A stretch of 64,000 nt of DNA from Erysipelotrichaceae bacterium (lineage in GTDB: Bacteria; Bacillota_I; Bacilli_A; RFN20; CAG-826): positions 11,445 through 75,444 of the forward strand of contig DURD01000007.1 of assembly GCA_012837435.1 (NCBI GenBank), read 5' to 3'. Under the pieces are notes generated by a model, which had not been told where the DNA came from, did no database searches, and was given only the letters and a program-made list of their open reading frames with translations. A program made the translations under genes and the position numbers. Shown here piece after piece: positions 9,107 through 19,933 of the stretch. Numbering within the stretch: the stretch's first letter is position 1; each line of letters begins with the position of its first letter.

Positions 9107-10939
9107 ATGGCATTTAAAATATTAGACGAATACCTCAACGGACAGTGTATCGAAGCACATAATTATTTTGGAGCTCATTTCTCCACAAAAGATGGACAGT
9201 CGATTGTTACTTTTCGACTTTACGCTCCTAGTGCCGAAGATGTTTCGGTCATTGGTGAATGGAACAACTGGGATGTCACCAAAGACAAAATGCATAAAAT
9301 TCATGGGGCAGGTGTCTGGGAAATTTCTATCCCTAATCTCCATAACTACCAATGTTACAAATACCATTTTAAAAATGCAAAAGGCGAATATGTTGACAAA
9401 ATTGACCCTTTTGCTTTTTATTCGGAATTAAGGCCAGGAACTTGCTCGCGTTTATTTAATAACCATGATTTCGCTTGGCACGATGATGAATGGCTTAGGA
9501 ATCGCACGAGAAATTTTGATTCGCCGATGTCCATTTATGAAATGCATCTCGGTTCATGGAAAGGAAAAGGTGATGATGGACGCACTCTTTCTTACGAAGA
9601 AATTGCTGATTATCTTATTCCTTATATTAAAGAGCATGGTTTCACCCATGTGGAATTTATGCCTTTAGTCCAATATCCTTTCGATGGTTCGTGGGGTTAT
9701 CAAGCAACCGGATTCTTTTCCATCGATTCAAGATATGGTAACCCTTTCCAATTGATGTCGTTAATCGATCGATTGCATCAAAATGGTATCGGGGCAATTA
9801 TCGATTTCGTTCCCGTCCATTTTGCTAGAGACAGTTGGGGTCTTGTCGAATATGATGGCACCTGTTTATACGAGTACAGTGATGATCGGAAAATGTCTCA
9901 GTGGGGCAGTCTTCAATTTGACCTCGGTAAAGACCCTGTCAGAAGTTTTTTGATGAGTGCGATGAACTATTTGGTGGATTATTTCCATTTTGATGGTATC
10001 CGCGTCGATGCGGTCAGCAACATCATCTATCACAATGGCAATAAAAATCACGGTGTCAATGAAGGTGGTTTGGAATTTATCAAGCGCCTAACTAGTAAAA
10101 TCCATATCGCTCACCACTCGGTTATGATGTTTGCCGAGGATTCTACAGCTTTTCCTGGAACCACTAAAGATACGCAGTATGGAGGCCTAGGTTTCGATTA
10201 CAAATGGGACCTCGGTTGGATGAACGATACGCTCAAATACTACTCTAAAGATCCCATCTACAAAAAATGGGAACATTACAATATTACCTTTAGCATGGCA
10301 TATTTTTTCAGCGAAAACTTTATGCTTCCTTTATCTCACGATGAAGTCGTGCATGGTAAAGGGACCATTATCAATAAAATGTGGGGTAATTATTACGAAA
10401 AATTCGCTCTAGTGCGCAATCTATATACCTATCAATTTTCTCATCCTGGTAAAAAACTAAATTTCATGGGAAATGAATTAGCGTCTTTCGATGAATGGGA
10501 TGAGAGCAAATCACTGCCTTGGATTTTGAAAAAATATCCCGCTCATGATAGTATTTCTCGTTTGGTGCGTGACTTAAATCTCATCTACCGCCACGAAAAA
10601 GCTATGTATTTTGAAGAGCATAATCCCGCTCATTTTAGTTGGTTGATGGTCGACAATGCCAATGAAAGCATTTATGCTTTTTCGAGAAAAGTCGACAAAG
10701 ATACTTTGATTTTTGTATTTAATATGACTGGCAATTATTATGAGTCCTACGCTATTCCCATTCTTGAAAGCGGTACCTATGAAGAAATCTTCAATTCCGA
10801 TAAAGACGTTTATGGGGGCAGCAATCAATATAATGGGTTACCAATTAATAGCGAACTCGGAAGCTTTGAAGGTTTACCCGCTCATCTGAATATCAAACTC
10901 GCCTCTTTTGGGGCTTGTATATTTAAGAAAATAAAATAA
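9107..10939 (+). CDS. glgB: 1,4-alpha-glucan (glycogen) branching enzyme, GH13
   Basis: GH13 catalytic-region motifs (GIRVDAV, EDSTAFPG) and a CBM48-like N-terminus. ATG at 9107 with GGAGG at 9094-9098. The track's start is an upstream TTG. Confidence 0.85.
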   Translation: MAFKILDEYLNGQCIEAHNYFGAHFSTKDGQSIVTFRLYAPSAEDVSVIGEWNNWDVTKDKMHKIHGAGVWEISIPNLHNYQCYKYHFKNAKGEYVDKIDPFAFYSELRPGTCSRLFNNHDFAWHDDEWLRNRTRNFDSPMSIYEMHLGSWKGKGDDGRTLSYEEIADYLIPYIKEHGFTHVEFMPLVQYPFDGSWGYQATGFFSIDSRYGNPFQLMSLIDRLHQNGIGAIIDFVPVHFARDSWGLVEYDGTCLYEYSDDRKMSQWGSLQFDLGKDPVRSFLMSAMNYLVDYFHFDGIRVDAVSNIIYHNGNKNHGVNEGGLEFIKRLTSKIHIAHHSVMMFAEDSTAFPGTTKDTQYGGLGFDYKWDLGWMNDTLKYYSKDPIYKKWEHYNITFSMAYFFSENFMLPLSHDEVVHGKGTIINKMWGNYYEKFALVRNLYTYQFSHPGKKLNFMGNELASFDEWDESKSLPWILKKYPAHDSISRLVRDLNLIYRHEKAMYFEEHNPAHFSWLMVDNANESIYAFSRKVDKDTLIFVFNMTGNYYESYAIPILESGTYEEIFNSDKDVYGGSNQYNGLPINSELGSFEGLPAHLNIKLASFGACIFKKIK

Positions 10940-10957
10940 GAAACAAGGAGATAACTA

Positions 10958-13363
10958 ATGTTTAGAAACAAACAAGCATTTAAAAAAGAATACGCAAAAA
11001 GACTACTAGAAACTTATGGTGTCAGTGTAGAAAATAGCCACATCACCGAAAGATATCAAATTTTGGGTGAAATGGTAAGAGATTACGCCAATCTAAACTG
11101 GGGCAAAATCTACGATAGAGCCGTAAGAGAACAAAAAGCCTTGATATATTTTTCCATGGAATTTTTAATCGGTCGATTGCTCATCAACAATTTACAAAAC
11201 ATGGGAATATACGAGGTCACAAAAAGAGGACTAGAAGATTTAGGAATTTCCATTCATGAACTCGAAGAAGAAGAAAGTGATGCGGGTTTAGGCAATGGGG
11301 GTTTAGGTCGTCTAGCGGCGTGCTTTTTAGATAGTATTGCTTCTTTAGGTTATATCGGTCATGGCAATTGCATCCGCTATACCTATGGATTTTTTAGACA
11401 GAGAATAATCGGTGGTCGGCAAGTGGAGCTACCCGATCAATGGTTAACAAATGGCAATGCTTGGGAAGTAAGAAAACCAAAATATGCTGTTGAAGTGAAG
11501 TTTTATGGCTACCCAGAATCATATTTAAAAGAAGATGGAACTTACGCCATAAGAACCGTAAAAACGGTCAATGTTAGAGCCGTCCCTTACGATGTTCCCA
11601 TCGTGGGATACCGCAATAACGTTACTAACACATTGAGATTGTGGAACGCGGAACCTTCTTCCAGCCCCTTACCCAAAGGAACTTCTTTTAAAGAATATTG
11701 CAGCGCTTTAGAAGAATTATGTCATGGTTTATATCCTGATGACAGCACGGAGGAAGGTCGTATTTTAAGGCTTAGACAACAATATTTTCTCGTCTCCGCG
11801 GGACTACAATCCACTCTAGGATCATATTATCGTCATCACGGTACCTTACTAGGTATCCATGAAAAATACGTTTTTCAATTAAATGATACCCATCCGATTT
11901 TAGCTATCCCAGAAATGATGAGAATTATGATGGACGAATATGGCATGGGTTGGGATGAATCGTGGAATGAAGTTCGTAAGTCCATGGCTTTTACTAATCA
12001 CACCATTATGCCTGAAGCATTAGAAAGATGGCCAGTTAGTTATGTACAAAATCTTGTTCCTCGAGTCTACATGATTATCGAAGAAATCAACCGCCGTTTT
12101 AACAATGAAATGACCGAACAAAATCTTTCCAATGCTTATCGCTATCGGATGAACATCATTAAAGATGGACAAATTCATATGTGCAATTTAGCTATCTATA
12201 CTTGCTTTTCAGTAAATGGTGTCGCGGCATTGCACACTGAAATATTAAAAACCATTACTTTTAAAGAATTTTACGAGTGCATGCCCAACAAATTCAACAA
12301 CAAGACGAACGGAGTTACCCATCGTAGATGGCTCGTTTATTCTAATCCCCAACTCACGAAATTAATCAATGAAAAAATTGGGGACGAATGGATTACTAAT
12401 ATGGAACTCATCAAGCAATTTGAACAATACAAAGATGATGAGGAAGTGTTAGAAAGATTAGCGATGATTAAAAAAGAAAATAAAATGGCTCTAGCCAAAT
12501 ACATCAAAGAGCACAACAACATCGAGGTCGATGTCAATGCCATTTTTGATGTGCAGATTAAAAGATTGCACGCGTATAAGAGGCAATTGTTAAACATCTT
12601 CCACGTCATCTACTTATATCAAAGGATGAAAAACGATTCTTCCTTTAGAATCTATCCACGGGTTTATATATTCGGCGCAAAAGCCGCGCCTAGTTACGCT
12701 TACGCTAAAAAGATTATCGAATTGATTTTAGCCGTCGCAGAAGTGGTGAATAACGATCCCGAAATCTCTCCCTACTTAAAAGTGGTATTTATCGAAAATT
12801 ACAGAGTGACTCTCGCGGAACTCATCATTCCCGCGACTGATGTTTCCGAACAAATTTCTACCGCCGGAAAAGAAGCCAGCGGAACTTCCAACATGAAATT
12901 TATGATGAACGGAGCTATTACTTTGGGGACAATGGATGGGGCTAACATCGAAATCGTAGAAAATGTCGGTAACGAAAACGCGGTTATATTTGGTCTAAGA
13001 GCCCATGAAGTCGAACAGCATGTCGCTAATTACGATTACAATCCGTGGGATGTTTACAATAGCGACGAAAGAATCAAAAATGTCTTAGATTCTCTATTAG
13101 ATACCAGTTGGTCAACCTATAATAGACCCGATCGTTTTAAGATGATTTTTAGTGAGGTTATGGATAAACGCGATGAATACTTTATTCTTGCCGATTTTGC
13201 TTCTTATGTGGAAGCTCAAGAAAAAATTGAAGCCTTGTACAAAGATCAAAAGAAATGGCAAAAAATTTGTTTAATCAACATTGCTAACTCTTCATTTTTT
13301 ACTAGCGATAGAACCATCGAAAGTTACGCTCAAGAAATTTGGAACTTAAAAAAGGTGGTATAA
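10958..13363 (+). CDS. glgP: Glycogen/maltodextrin phosphorylase
   Basis: An 801-aa ORF carrying the PLP-site signature EASGTSNMKFMMNGA. An AAGGAG RBS precedes the start. Confidence 0.9.
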   Translation: MFRNKQAFKKEYAKRLLETYGVSVENSHITERYQILGEMVRDYANLNWGKIYDRAVREQKALIYFSMEFLIGRLLINNLQNMGIYEVTKRGLEDLGISIHELEEEESDAGLGNGGLGRLAACFLDSIASLGYIGHGNCIRYTYGFFRQRIIGGRQVELPDQWLTNGNAWEVRKPKYAVEVKFYGYPESYLKEDGTYAIRTVKTVNVRAVPYDVPIVGYRNNVTNTLRLWNAEPSSSPLPKGTSFKEYCSALEELCHGLYPDDSTEEGRILRLRQQYFLVSAGLQSTLGSYYRHHGTLLGIHEKYVFQLNDTHPILAIPEMMRIMMDEYGMGWDESWNEVRKSMAFTNHTIMPEALERWPVSYVQNLVPRVYMIIEEINRRFNNEMTEQNLSNAYRYRMNIIKDGQIHMCNLAIYTCFSVNGVAALHTEILKTITFKEFYECMPNKFNNKTNGVTHRRWLVYSNPQLTKLINEKIGDEWITNMELIKQFEQYKDDEEVLERLAMIKKENKMALAKYIKEHNNIEVDVNAIFDVQIKRLHAYKRQLLNIFHVIYLYQRMKNDSSFRIYPRVYIFGAKAAPSYAYAKKIIELILAVAEVVNNDPEISPYLKVVFIENYRVTLAELIIPATDVSEQISTAGKEASGTSNMKFMMNGAITLGTMDGANIEIVENVGNENAVIFGLRAHEVEQHVANYDYNPWDVYNSDERIKNVLDSLLDTSWSTYNRPDRFKMIFSEVMDKRDEYFILADFASYVEAQEKIEALYKDQKKWQKICLINIANSSFFTSDRTIESYAQEIWNLKKVV

Positions 13364-13365
13364 GA

Positions 13366-13857
13366 ATGGCCATCGATCTACATCTTCTATACGAAAAACA
13401 AGCCGAACTCGACGCGACCATTGCTAAAAATCACCATATCAGCTATGCGACCACGCGTGAAAAAAGACTTTTAGCTCTCCTCGTGGAACTCGGTGAATTC
13501 GCTAATGCCACGCGATGCTTTAAATATTGGTCTCACAAAGAGAGCGAACCCAAAAAGGTGGTTTTAGACGAATATGTCGATGGTTTACATTTTTTCTTAT
13601 CTTTAGGCATTGATATTAATGTCTCAAAAAAAGTTTACCGCTACAGTAAACACGCTACAGATTTGACTGCACAAATATTAGAAACTTATCGTCTAGTCGG
13701 ACTATTTATCGCTAAACAAGATGAACAAAGTTACGTGAGAGCGTTTCGTTCTTTCATAAACATCGTTCCTTTGTTAAAGGTGAAGTGGTCGACGATTGAA
13801 AAAGCTTATTACGAGAAACTCGAAGAAAACTATCATCGGCAAAATAGCCATTACTAA
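13366..13857 (+). CDS. Dimeric dUTPase-like protein (dUTPase_2 / YncF family)
   Basis: The segment LALLVELGEFANATRCFKYWS resembles the all-alpha dimeric dUTPases. ATG at 13366 with an AAAAAGGTGG RBS, 2 nt after the glgP stop. Confidence 0.5.
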   Translation: MAIDLHLLYEKQAELDATIAKNHHISYATTREKRLLALLVELGEFANATRCFKYWSHKESEPKKVVLDEYVDGLHFFLSLGIDINVSKKVYRYSKHATDLTAQILETYRLVGLFIAKQDEQSYVRAFRSFINIVPLLKVKWSTIEKAYYEKLEENYHRQNSHY

Positions 13858-13866
13858 TATAAATGA

Positions 13867-14298
13867 CTAGAGGAGCGCGGCTATTTCGTCTTCGCTATAG
13901 ACTGCGATTCCTTTTCTTTTGAGCAAAGAAGCGGTGACGCCCATTCCTTCGATTAATTTATTGGAGAAAGAACCATCATAAATATGATGAACCCCACAAG
14001 AAGGGGATCTTTCTTTAAAGATAGCAATTTTAATATTGAGATAGAGGCAGATGTTATAGGCAAGATCAGCACCTTTAACAAAATTAACGGTGACATCTTT
14101 GCCTTTACTATTAATTACTTTGCCCCCATGTTGTTCGCTCGGCGAGCGGGGTATACTTAAGCCTCCTTCGACTTCTGGACAAAAAGGCACTAGTTCATAT
14201 TTCTCCAAAAGTTGTTCTATCAAAGGATGGTAGTTACTTTTTCCTAAGTAATTAACTTTATCGCCGATGAGACAAGCGGAAATTAAGATTTTTTCCAT
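13867..14298 (-). CDS. DUF523 family protein (YbbK/TudS-like, 2-thiouracil desulfurase family)
   Basis: N-terminal MEKILISACLIGDKVNYLG with conserved cysteines (SACL, FCPE, SPSCG), typical of DUF523 Fe-S proteins. Confidence 0.55.
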   Translation of the reverse strand: MEKILISACLIGDKVNYLGKSNYHPLIEQLLEKYELVPFCPEVEGGLSIPRSPSEQHGGKVINSKGKDVTVNFVKGADLAYNICLYLNIKIAIFKERSPSCGVHHIYDGSFSNKLIEGMGVTASLLKRKGIAVYSEDEIAALL

Positions 14299-14493
14299 AC
14301 TCGTCTATTTTAATAATGTTTGCGGTCTCTCGCAAGAGCATAGATAACAAATTCATCCTCGTTTCTTTTGACTTATTTTTAAAGCAAAAATCTGTCCAAT
14401 TATCACAAATCATTGATGAAATAAGTTCTCATTTTCTTAAATTTAATAATAAAAACGAGCGATTAGAAGGAGAAAATAGTATGATTAATAGGT

Positions 14494-15129
14494 ATGGAAA
14501 ATAGCTTTATCTACCTATTTGAAGGAAAATCATATCAAGTAGTGGTTAAATATAAAAAAATCAAAAACATTCACTATCGTTTTAACGGGGTTAATTTTTT
14601 GATTTCTTGCCCGAAAAGAACTAGCCTTATGACTCTTAAAAGTGGGTTAGATAAATTCGCGAAGAAACTCATCGACAGATGCTCTAAGTTCGCCCTAGAA
14701 ACCGAAGACTATATTTATATTTTTGCTGAAAAATATGAGTTAACTTATCCGGGAACAATTGTACTAAGAGACACCGTTATCCATTATAAAACTAATAAGG
14801 ATTTCCATAATAAATTAAAAGGGTGGTTTTTAAATTATCTAAAAGAACAAACTAAAAAAGAGGCTTTAAGGATGAACGCCCCTTTCTATGAGGTAAAAGT
14901 AAGAAAAATGTCCACGCGATATGGGACGAACAATAAAAATAAAAAAACCATTACCTATTCCTATTCTTTAATCCATTATGATGAAGCTATAATAGATTCA
15001 GTTATCATCCACGAATTAAGCCATTGTTTTGTTTATAACCACAGCAACAAATTCTATGATGTTTTGTATAAATATTGTCCAAAATATAATGAATATCGCC
15101 GAAAATTATTAAAAATGGAGTTAAAATAA
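14494..15129 (+). CDS. DUF45/YgjP-like predicted zinc metallohydrolase (HExxH)
   Basis: The segment VIIHELSHCFVYNHSNKFYDVL carries an HExxH motif near the C-terminus, as in the YgjP/M48-like family. Confidence 0.5.
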   Translation: MENSFIYLFEGKSYQVVVKYKKIKNIHYRFNGVNFLISCPKRTSLMTLKSGLDKFAKKLIDRCSKFALETEDYIYIFAEKYELTYPGTIVLRDTVIHYKTNKDFHNKLKGWFLNYLKEQTKKEALRMNAPFYEVKVRKMSTRYGTNNKNKKTITYSYSLIHYDEAIIDSVIIHELSHCFVYNHSNKFYDVLYKYCPKYNEYRRKLLKMELK

Positions 15130-15854
15130 TGTTAGAAATCATTTCAAAAAACAATAATAAAATCAAAGAAGCCTATGCTTTAAAAATGAAAAAAACTCGA
15201 TTAGAGAAAGGTCTTTTTCTTATGGAAGGTTTTAAAAATCTCGAGATGGCCTTAGCTCACGGTGTGGTTAAAACTATTTTTACTTCCGTTCCTTTGTCGA
15301 AGGTAGCGGAAGATATAGAAGTTTATAAAGTAAATATGGATCTCATTAAAAAATTAGCGAGCTCTAAAAATCCAGAAGGGGTAGTGTTTGTTTCGGAAAT
15401 CTTAAAACCACGGAAAAAGAAAAATGAATATCATAAAAATATCTATCTAGATCGAATTAATGACCCAGGTAATCTAGGAACGATTATTAGAAGCGCCGCC
15501 GCCTTTAATTACGATGCGGTGATATTAGCAAAAGGCAGTGTGGACTTATATAACGAAAAAGTTTTAGCGTCGACGAAGGGCTCGATTTTCTTAATCGATG
15601 TCTTCTACGACGATTTAGCTAATTATAAAAAAAGTCACAAGATAATTGTTTCAACAATTGATAAAAATTCCTCGCCCTTATCTCATCTACCAAAATACGA
15701 TAATTTCGTGCTTGTAGTCGGAAGTGAAAGCCATGGAGTGAGCGAAGAATATCTTCATCTTGCCGATATCAAAGTCAACATTCCGATAGATGCAAAAATC
15801 GATTCTTTGAATGTGGCGATAGCTTCAGGGATCCTAATGTATCATTTAAAATAA
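15129..15854 (+). CDS. TrmH/SpoU family RNA 2'-O-methyltransferase (YsgA-like, which precedes pheS in Bacillus)
   Basis: SPOUT motifs (DRINDPGNLGTIIRSAAAF, VVGSESHGVSEE). The gene order ysgA-pheS-pheT is conserved. Confidence 0.7.
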   Translation: MLEIISKNNNKIKEAYALKMKKTRLEKGLFLMEGFKNLEMALAHGVVKTIFTSVPLSKVAEDIEVYKVNMDLIKKLASSKNPEGVVFVSEILKPRKKKNEYHKNIYLDRINDPGNLGTIIRSAAAFNYDAVILAKGSVDLYNEKVLASTKGSIFLIDVFYDDLANYKKSHKIIVSTIDKNSSPLSHLPKYDNFVLVVGSESHGVSEEYLHLADIKVNIPIDAKIDSLNVAIASGILMYHLK

Positions 15855-15954
15855 ATAACTACGCCTAATCAGTGTTAAAATAATATTACAAAATGCTAAT
15901 GTAATATTTATTTTTATGTTATAATCATTAACGATTTTACAAGTGAGGTTCGTT

Positions 15955-16992
15955 ATGGAAAAAGGAACAGTATTGCTTTTAGAAAAAACCGCGTTAAAGC
16001 AAATCGAGGAAGCGAAAAGCACAGAAGCGTTGAACAATGTGAAAAATACTTATCTATCGAAGAAAAGTGAACTGTCCACTTTGACGAGCCAAATCGGAAG
16101 TCTTCCCGTAGAACAAAAAAAAGAATGTGGTCAATTAATTAATTCGGTCCGTCAAGCTATCACGCAAGCCATCGAAGAAAAAATGGTTTTACTAAAGAAC
16201 CAAGAATTAGAAGAAAAACTAGAAAAAGAAACCATCGATATTTCTCTACCAGGCAAAGATTCTAATCTCGGTTCTAGAAACCCCTTTTATGTCATTCAAG
16301 ATGAAATGGTTGAAATATTTTTAGGGATGGGTTTTGAAATTGCTGATGGCCCAGAAGTGGAGACCGATCTTTTTAATTTTGAACTCCTAAACATTCCGAA
16401 AGACCATCCCGCTAGAGATATGCAGGATACTTTCTATATCAACGAGAACGAATTATTAAGAACGCATACTTCTCCGGTTCAAGCTAGAGCCATGAAAGCT
16501 AAAAAGGGTAGTCCTATCAGAATGATTTGTCCTGGCAAAACTTATCGGAGAGATAATGACGACGCCACTCATTCTCATCAATTTGCGCAAATTGAAGGCC
16601 TAGTCATCGATAAAGATATCAATCTCGGTCACTTGAAAGCTACTTTAGAGCTATTTGTCAAAAAGATGTTTGGAGAAAAAAGAGAAATTAGACTGAGAAG
16701 TTCTTATTTCCCCTTTACTGAGCCGAGTGTCGAAGTCGATATCACTTGTGCGAACTGCAATGGTAAAGGTTGTGCGATGTGTAAAGGAACCGGTTTTATT
16801 GAAATCCTCGGAGCGGGGATGGTCCACCCCAACGTTTTAAAGATGAACGGATACGATCCCAATCAATACAGTGGATTCGCCTTTGGCGTCGGCATTGAAC
16901 GCCTCGCTATATTAAGATACGACATCGACGATATCCGCAAGATTTATCAAAACGATGTTCGCTTTTTACAGCAGTTTAAAAAAGTGAGCTAG
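15955..16992 (+). CDS. pheS: Phenylalanine--tRNA ligase alpha subunit
   Basis: Class II aaRS motifs (FPFTEPSVEVD; GAGMVHPNVL; GFAFGVGIERLA). ATG at 15955 after a GTGAGG RBS. The upstream leader is only about 100 nt, with a TATAAT at 15919 and no T-box. Confidence 0.9.
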   Translation: MEKGTVLLLEKTALKQIEEAKSTEALNNVKNTYLSKKSELSTLTSQIGSLPVEQKKECGQLINSVRQAITQAIEEKMVLLKNQELEEKLEKETIDISLPGKDSNLGSRNPFYVIQDEMVEIFLGMGFEIADGPEVETDLFNFELLNIPKDHPARDMQDTFYINENELLRTHTSPVQARAMKAKKGSPIRMICPGKTYRRDNDDATHSHQFAQIEGLVIDKDINLGHLKATLELFVKKMFGEKREIRLRSSYFPFTEPSVEVDITCANCNGKGCAMCKGTGFIEILGAGMVHPNVLKMNGYDPNQYSGFAFGVGIERLAILRYDIDDIRKIYQNDVRFLQQFKKVS

Positions 16993-17004
16993 GGGGACAA
17001 AATT

Positions 17005-19407
17005 ATGTTAGTCAGTTTAAAAAATATTAGTCAATATGTTTCCTTAGAGGGATTAACTCCCGAAGCAATTGCCGATAAACTCACTTTTTCTGGTGTCGAA
17101 GTGGAAGAAGTTAAATATTTAGCGCGTGGCACTCATCTAGTCATCGGGGAAGTAGTTTCTTGTGAGCCTCATCCTAACGGCGACTACTTGCATGTTTTAA
17201 ATGTATATTTAGGTAAAAAATACGGAACTAGTCAAATCGTTTGTGGGGCCCCTAATGCTCGGGTCGGCCTAAAGGTCATCGTCGCTCGTGTTGGGGCGAT
17301 ATTACCGCAAATGGAAATCAAAAAAGGAATCATTCGCGGAGTGGAAAGCAACGGCATGTGCTGCAGTTTGCTCGAACTCGGTGTCGATGCTAAATATCTT
17401 TCTGAATATCAAAAAGCGGGAATTGAAGAGTTGCCTCACGATGCGTTAGTCGGTGAAGAAAATGTTTTGGGATACTTAGGTTTAGATGATGTAGTTTTAA
17501 ACATTAAAGTTCTAGCGAATCGCCCAGACTTACTATCGGTTTTTAACATCGCTAGAGAAATCGGAGCTATCTATAATCGAGAAGTCAAACTTCCAGAAGT
17601 ACCACCGAAAGTTGATTTTAATACCCGATTAGTGGTTTCTTCTACCACTGATAAATGCCCGCAGTTCGCCTCCAAAGAAATAAGAAATATCGTCATTAAA
17701 CCCTCTCCAAAATGGTTATCATCTTCTCTGATGGCTATGGGGATTAGGAGCATCAATAACATTGTCGATATCGGTAACTATGTCATGGTAATGACTGGTC
17801 AACCCTTGCATATGTATGATGCCGATAAATTAGCTAGAGCGGAGCTAACCGCTCAAGATGATTACGAAGGCGATTTCATCGCTCTTGATGAAAAAACTTA
17901 CAAAATCAATTTAGGCGATATCGTCATTTGCTGTAATAATAAACCGATGTGTTTAGGGGGAGTGATGGGCTCTTTAGAATGCGCCGTCGATGAAAAAACT
18001 AAAAATATTTATATCGAAGCGGCATCTTTTGACAGCGCCACGATTAGACACACCTCAAATCGTCTCGGTTTAGCGAGCGAATCTTCGATGAGATTTATTA
18101 AAGGCACCAATCATTTTCAAGCGGAATTTGTTTTAAATTACGCCGCTAATTTAATTAATGAATTATGTGAAGCAAAAGAAAACAGTCAGATTGTATCTTA
18201 TTCTAGTGAAATCTATGAAGATCGCATCGTGGCTTGTTCTATTGCAAAGATTAACAAGCGTTTAGGCACTAACTTTTCTAAAGACCAAATCAAAGAAGTT
18301 TTAGAGAGGTTGAATTTTGTTTTAACTTTTAAAAACGACAATGAATTTTCTGCGTTAGTACCTATTTATAGACTAGACGTCACCAGCGACGCTGATTTAA
18401 GCGAAGAAGTCATCCGTTTATTAGGCTTTGAAAATGTCGAATCCATCTTACCTCGTTTAGATACGAAAGTGGGAATGCTGAGTGAAAGACAAAAGAGAAT
18501 TAAAAATCTCCGCACGCTTCTGCTCAGTAAAGGTTTAGATGAGTGCGTGACTTATTCGCTGACTTCCAAAAAGAAAATGAACGAATTTAATTTGTTAAAA
18601 AACGAAGAACATTATTTCATCATCAACCCTTTGACCGATGAAAGAGAAGTCTTTAGAACGCATATTCTCTCTTCTTTACTCGAAGTCGCTTCCTACAATG
18701 TCGCTAGACAAAATAAGAATTTGGCTCTATTTGAAATTTCCCAGATGATTAGTAAATCTTCGAGAAATGAACATCTCGCTATCGTGTTAGTGGGGCAAAA
18801 ATTATCGCAAGCTCAACTCAAAAAAGAAGATTATGATTTCTATCACGTTAAAGGTTTAGTGGAGGCAATTTTTGCTTCTTTAGGTATCGAACCTTCCAGA
18901 TATAGATTCGATCGATTAATCGACAATAACCAAGAACTTCATCCGGGTAAAGCGGCGGCCATCTTTTTCCAAAATAAGTTAGTGGGAAAGTGCGGAGAGC
19001 TTCATCCTTCGGCGATTGAGAAATACGACTTAGGTAAAACTAGCGCGGCGGTTTTAGAAATGAATATCGAACTATTATTAGAAGCTAGAGTTAGTGAAAT
19101 TAAAATGTCTCCCATCTCTCGCTTCCCCAGTGTTTCTCGCGATTTAGCTTTTGTTTTAAAACAGGAAATAGCCTCTAACGACGTCATTAGAGTAGTGAAA
19201 AAGAGTGGGGGTGCTCTAGTCACTAACTGCGAAGTTTTTGATATCTATCAAGGAGAAGGGATTGCGGAAGGCAAGAAGTCGATGGCTATTACCGTTACCT
19301 ATCTCAAAGATGGAGGAACACTCACCGAAAAAGAAGTGAGCGATTTAGAAGACAAGATTAAGTTTGAGTTAACTCGTCAATTTAAAGCGGAGATTCGTAC
19401 CTCATGA
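17005..19407 (+). CDS. pheT: Phenylalanine--tRNA ligase beta subunit
   Basis: An 800-aa ORF immediately after pheS. It has a tRNA-binding N-terminal domain plus B3/4 and B5 domains. An AGGGGGA RBS precedes the start. Confidence 0.9.
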   Translation: MLVSLKNISQYVSLEGLTPEAIADKLTFSGVEVEEVKYLARGTHLVIGEVVSCEPHPNGDYLHVLNVYLGKKYGTSQIVCGAPNARVGLKVIVARVGAILPQMEIKKGIIRGVESNGMCCSLLELGVDAKYLSEYQKAGIEELPHDALVGEENVLGYLGLDDVVLNIKVLANRPDLLSVFNIAREIGAIYNREVKLPEVPPKVDFNTRLVVSSTTDKCPQFASKEIRNIVIKPSPKWLSSSLMAMGIRSINNIVDIGNYVMVMTGQPLHMYDADKLARAELTAQDDYEGDFIALDEKTYKINLGDIVICCNNKPMCLGGVMGSLECAVDEKTKNIYIEAASFDSATIRHTSNRLGLASESSMRFIKGTNHFQAEFVLNYAANLINELCEAKENSQIVSYSSEIYEDRIVACSIAKINKRLGTNFSKDQIKEVLERLNFVLTFKNDNEFSALVPIYRLDVTSDADLSEEVIRLLGFENVESILPRLDTKVGMLSERQKRIKNLRTLLLSKGLDECVTYSLTSKKKMNEFNLLKNEEHYFIINPLTDEREVFRTHILSSLLEVASYNVARQNKNLALFEISQMISKSSRNEHLAIVLVGQKLSQAQLKKEDYDFYHVKGLVEAIFASLGIEPSRYRFDRLIDNNQELHPGKAAAIFFQNKLVGKCGELHPSAIEKYDLGKTSAAVLEMNIELLLEARVSEIKMSPISRFPSVSRDLAFVLKQEIASNDVIRVVKKSGGALVTNCEVFDIYQGEGIAEGKKSMAITVTYLKDGGTLTEKEVSDLEDKIKFELTRQFKAEIRTS

Positions 19408-19907
19408 AAATTAATCGCGCAGCATTACCGGTAAATGAAAGTGTTAAAATTCAAAAAGACATAGATTTTTCTATGCACCCCTCTGACGAACATCACATCA
19501 GAAAAATTGATAAATGTCGGGTGAAGGTCATCTTGAAAGAATATGAAGATGTATTAGAGTGCAAATTATCGGGCACCGCGGAGGTCGTTACTTCTTGTTC
19601 ATACACTCTCGACGACATAGTTTTAAAAATTAAATTTAAAGAAGATTTTTATTTTTCAAACAATAAAACTTCTAGAGAAAATGTCGAATACGAACCAGGC
19701 AGCATCATCGATCTAGAGCCCTACATTTTAGCGCTCATTTGCGATTCTGTCCCTCATAAAATCACTAAACCTGGGGCTTCTTTACCCAGTAGCGGCGAAG
19801 GGTATCGAGTTTTAACTGAAGATGATTTTTTTAAAGAAAGACAAATCCAAACTAACCCTGTTTTTGATGTTTTAGACCAGATAGAACTGCCATCTGATGA
19901 TGAATAA
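19404..19907 (+). CDS. YceD/DUF177-like protein (23S rRNA accumulation protein family), tentative
   Basis: A 167-aa ORF overlapping the pheT stop (ATGA). It has a Cys-containing central region and an acidic C-terminus. The size and composition fit DUF177. Confidence 0.4.
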   Translation: MKINRAALPVNESVKIQKDIDFSMHPSDEHHIRKIDKCRVKVILKEYEDVLECKLSGTAEVVTSCSYTLDDIVLKIKFKEDFYFSNNKTSRENVEYEPGSIIDLEPYILALICDSVPHKITKPGASLPSSGEGYRVLTEDDFFKERQIQTNPVFDVLDQIELPSDDE

Positions 19908-19933
19908 CTTTACTTATAAAGTTAAATGAGATA

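Noticed and set aside
9122-9668. Several 60-90-aa ORFs in alternative frames at the glgB 5' end
   Set aside because: All are nested inside glgB, whose product aligns over its full length with GH13 branching enzymes.
14316-14504. 62-aa ORF between the DUF523 and DUF45 genes
   Set aside because: It lies in the divergent promoter region, has a low-complexity sequence, no RBS, and overlaps the start of the DUF45 gene.
15855-15954. Expected T-box upstream of pheS
   Set aside because: The leader is only about 100 nt with a simple TATAAT promoter and no AGGGTGGNACCGCG motif.
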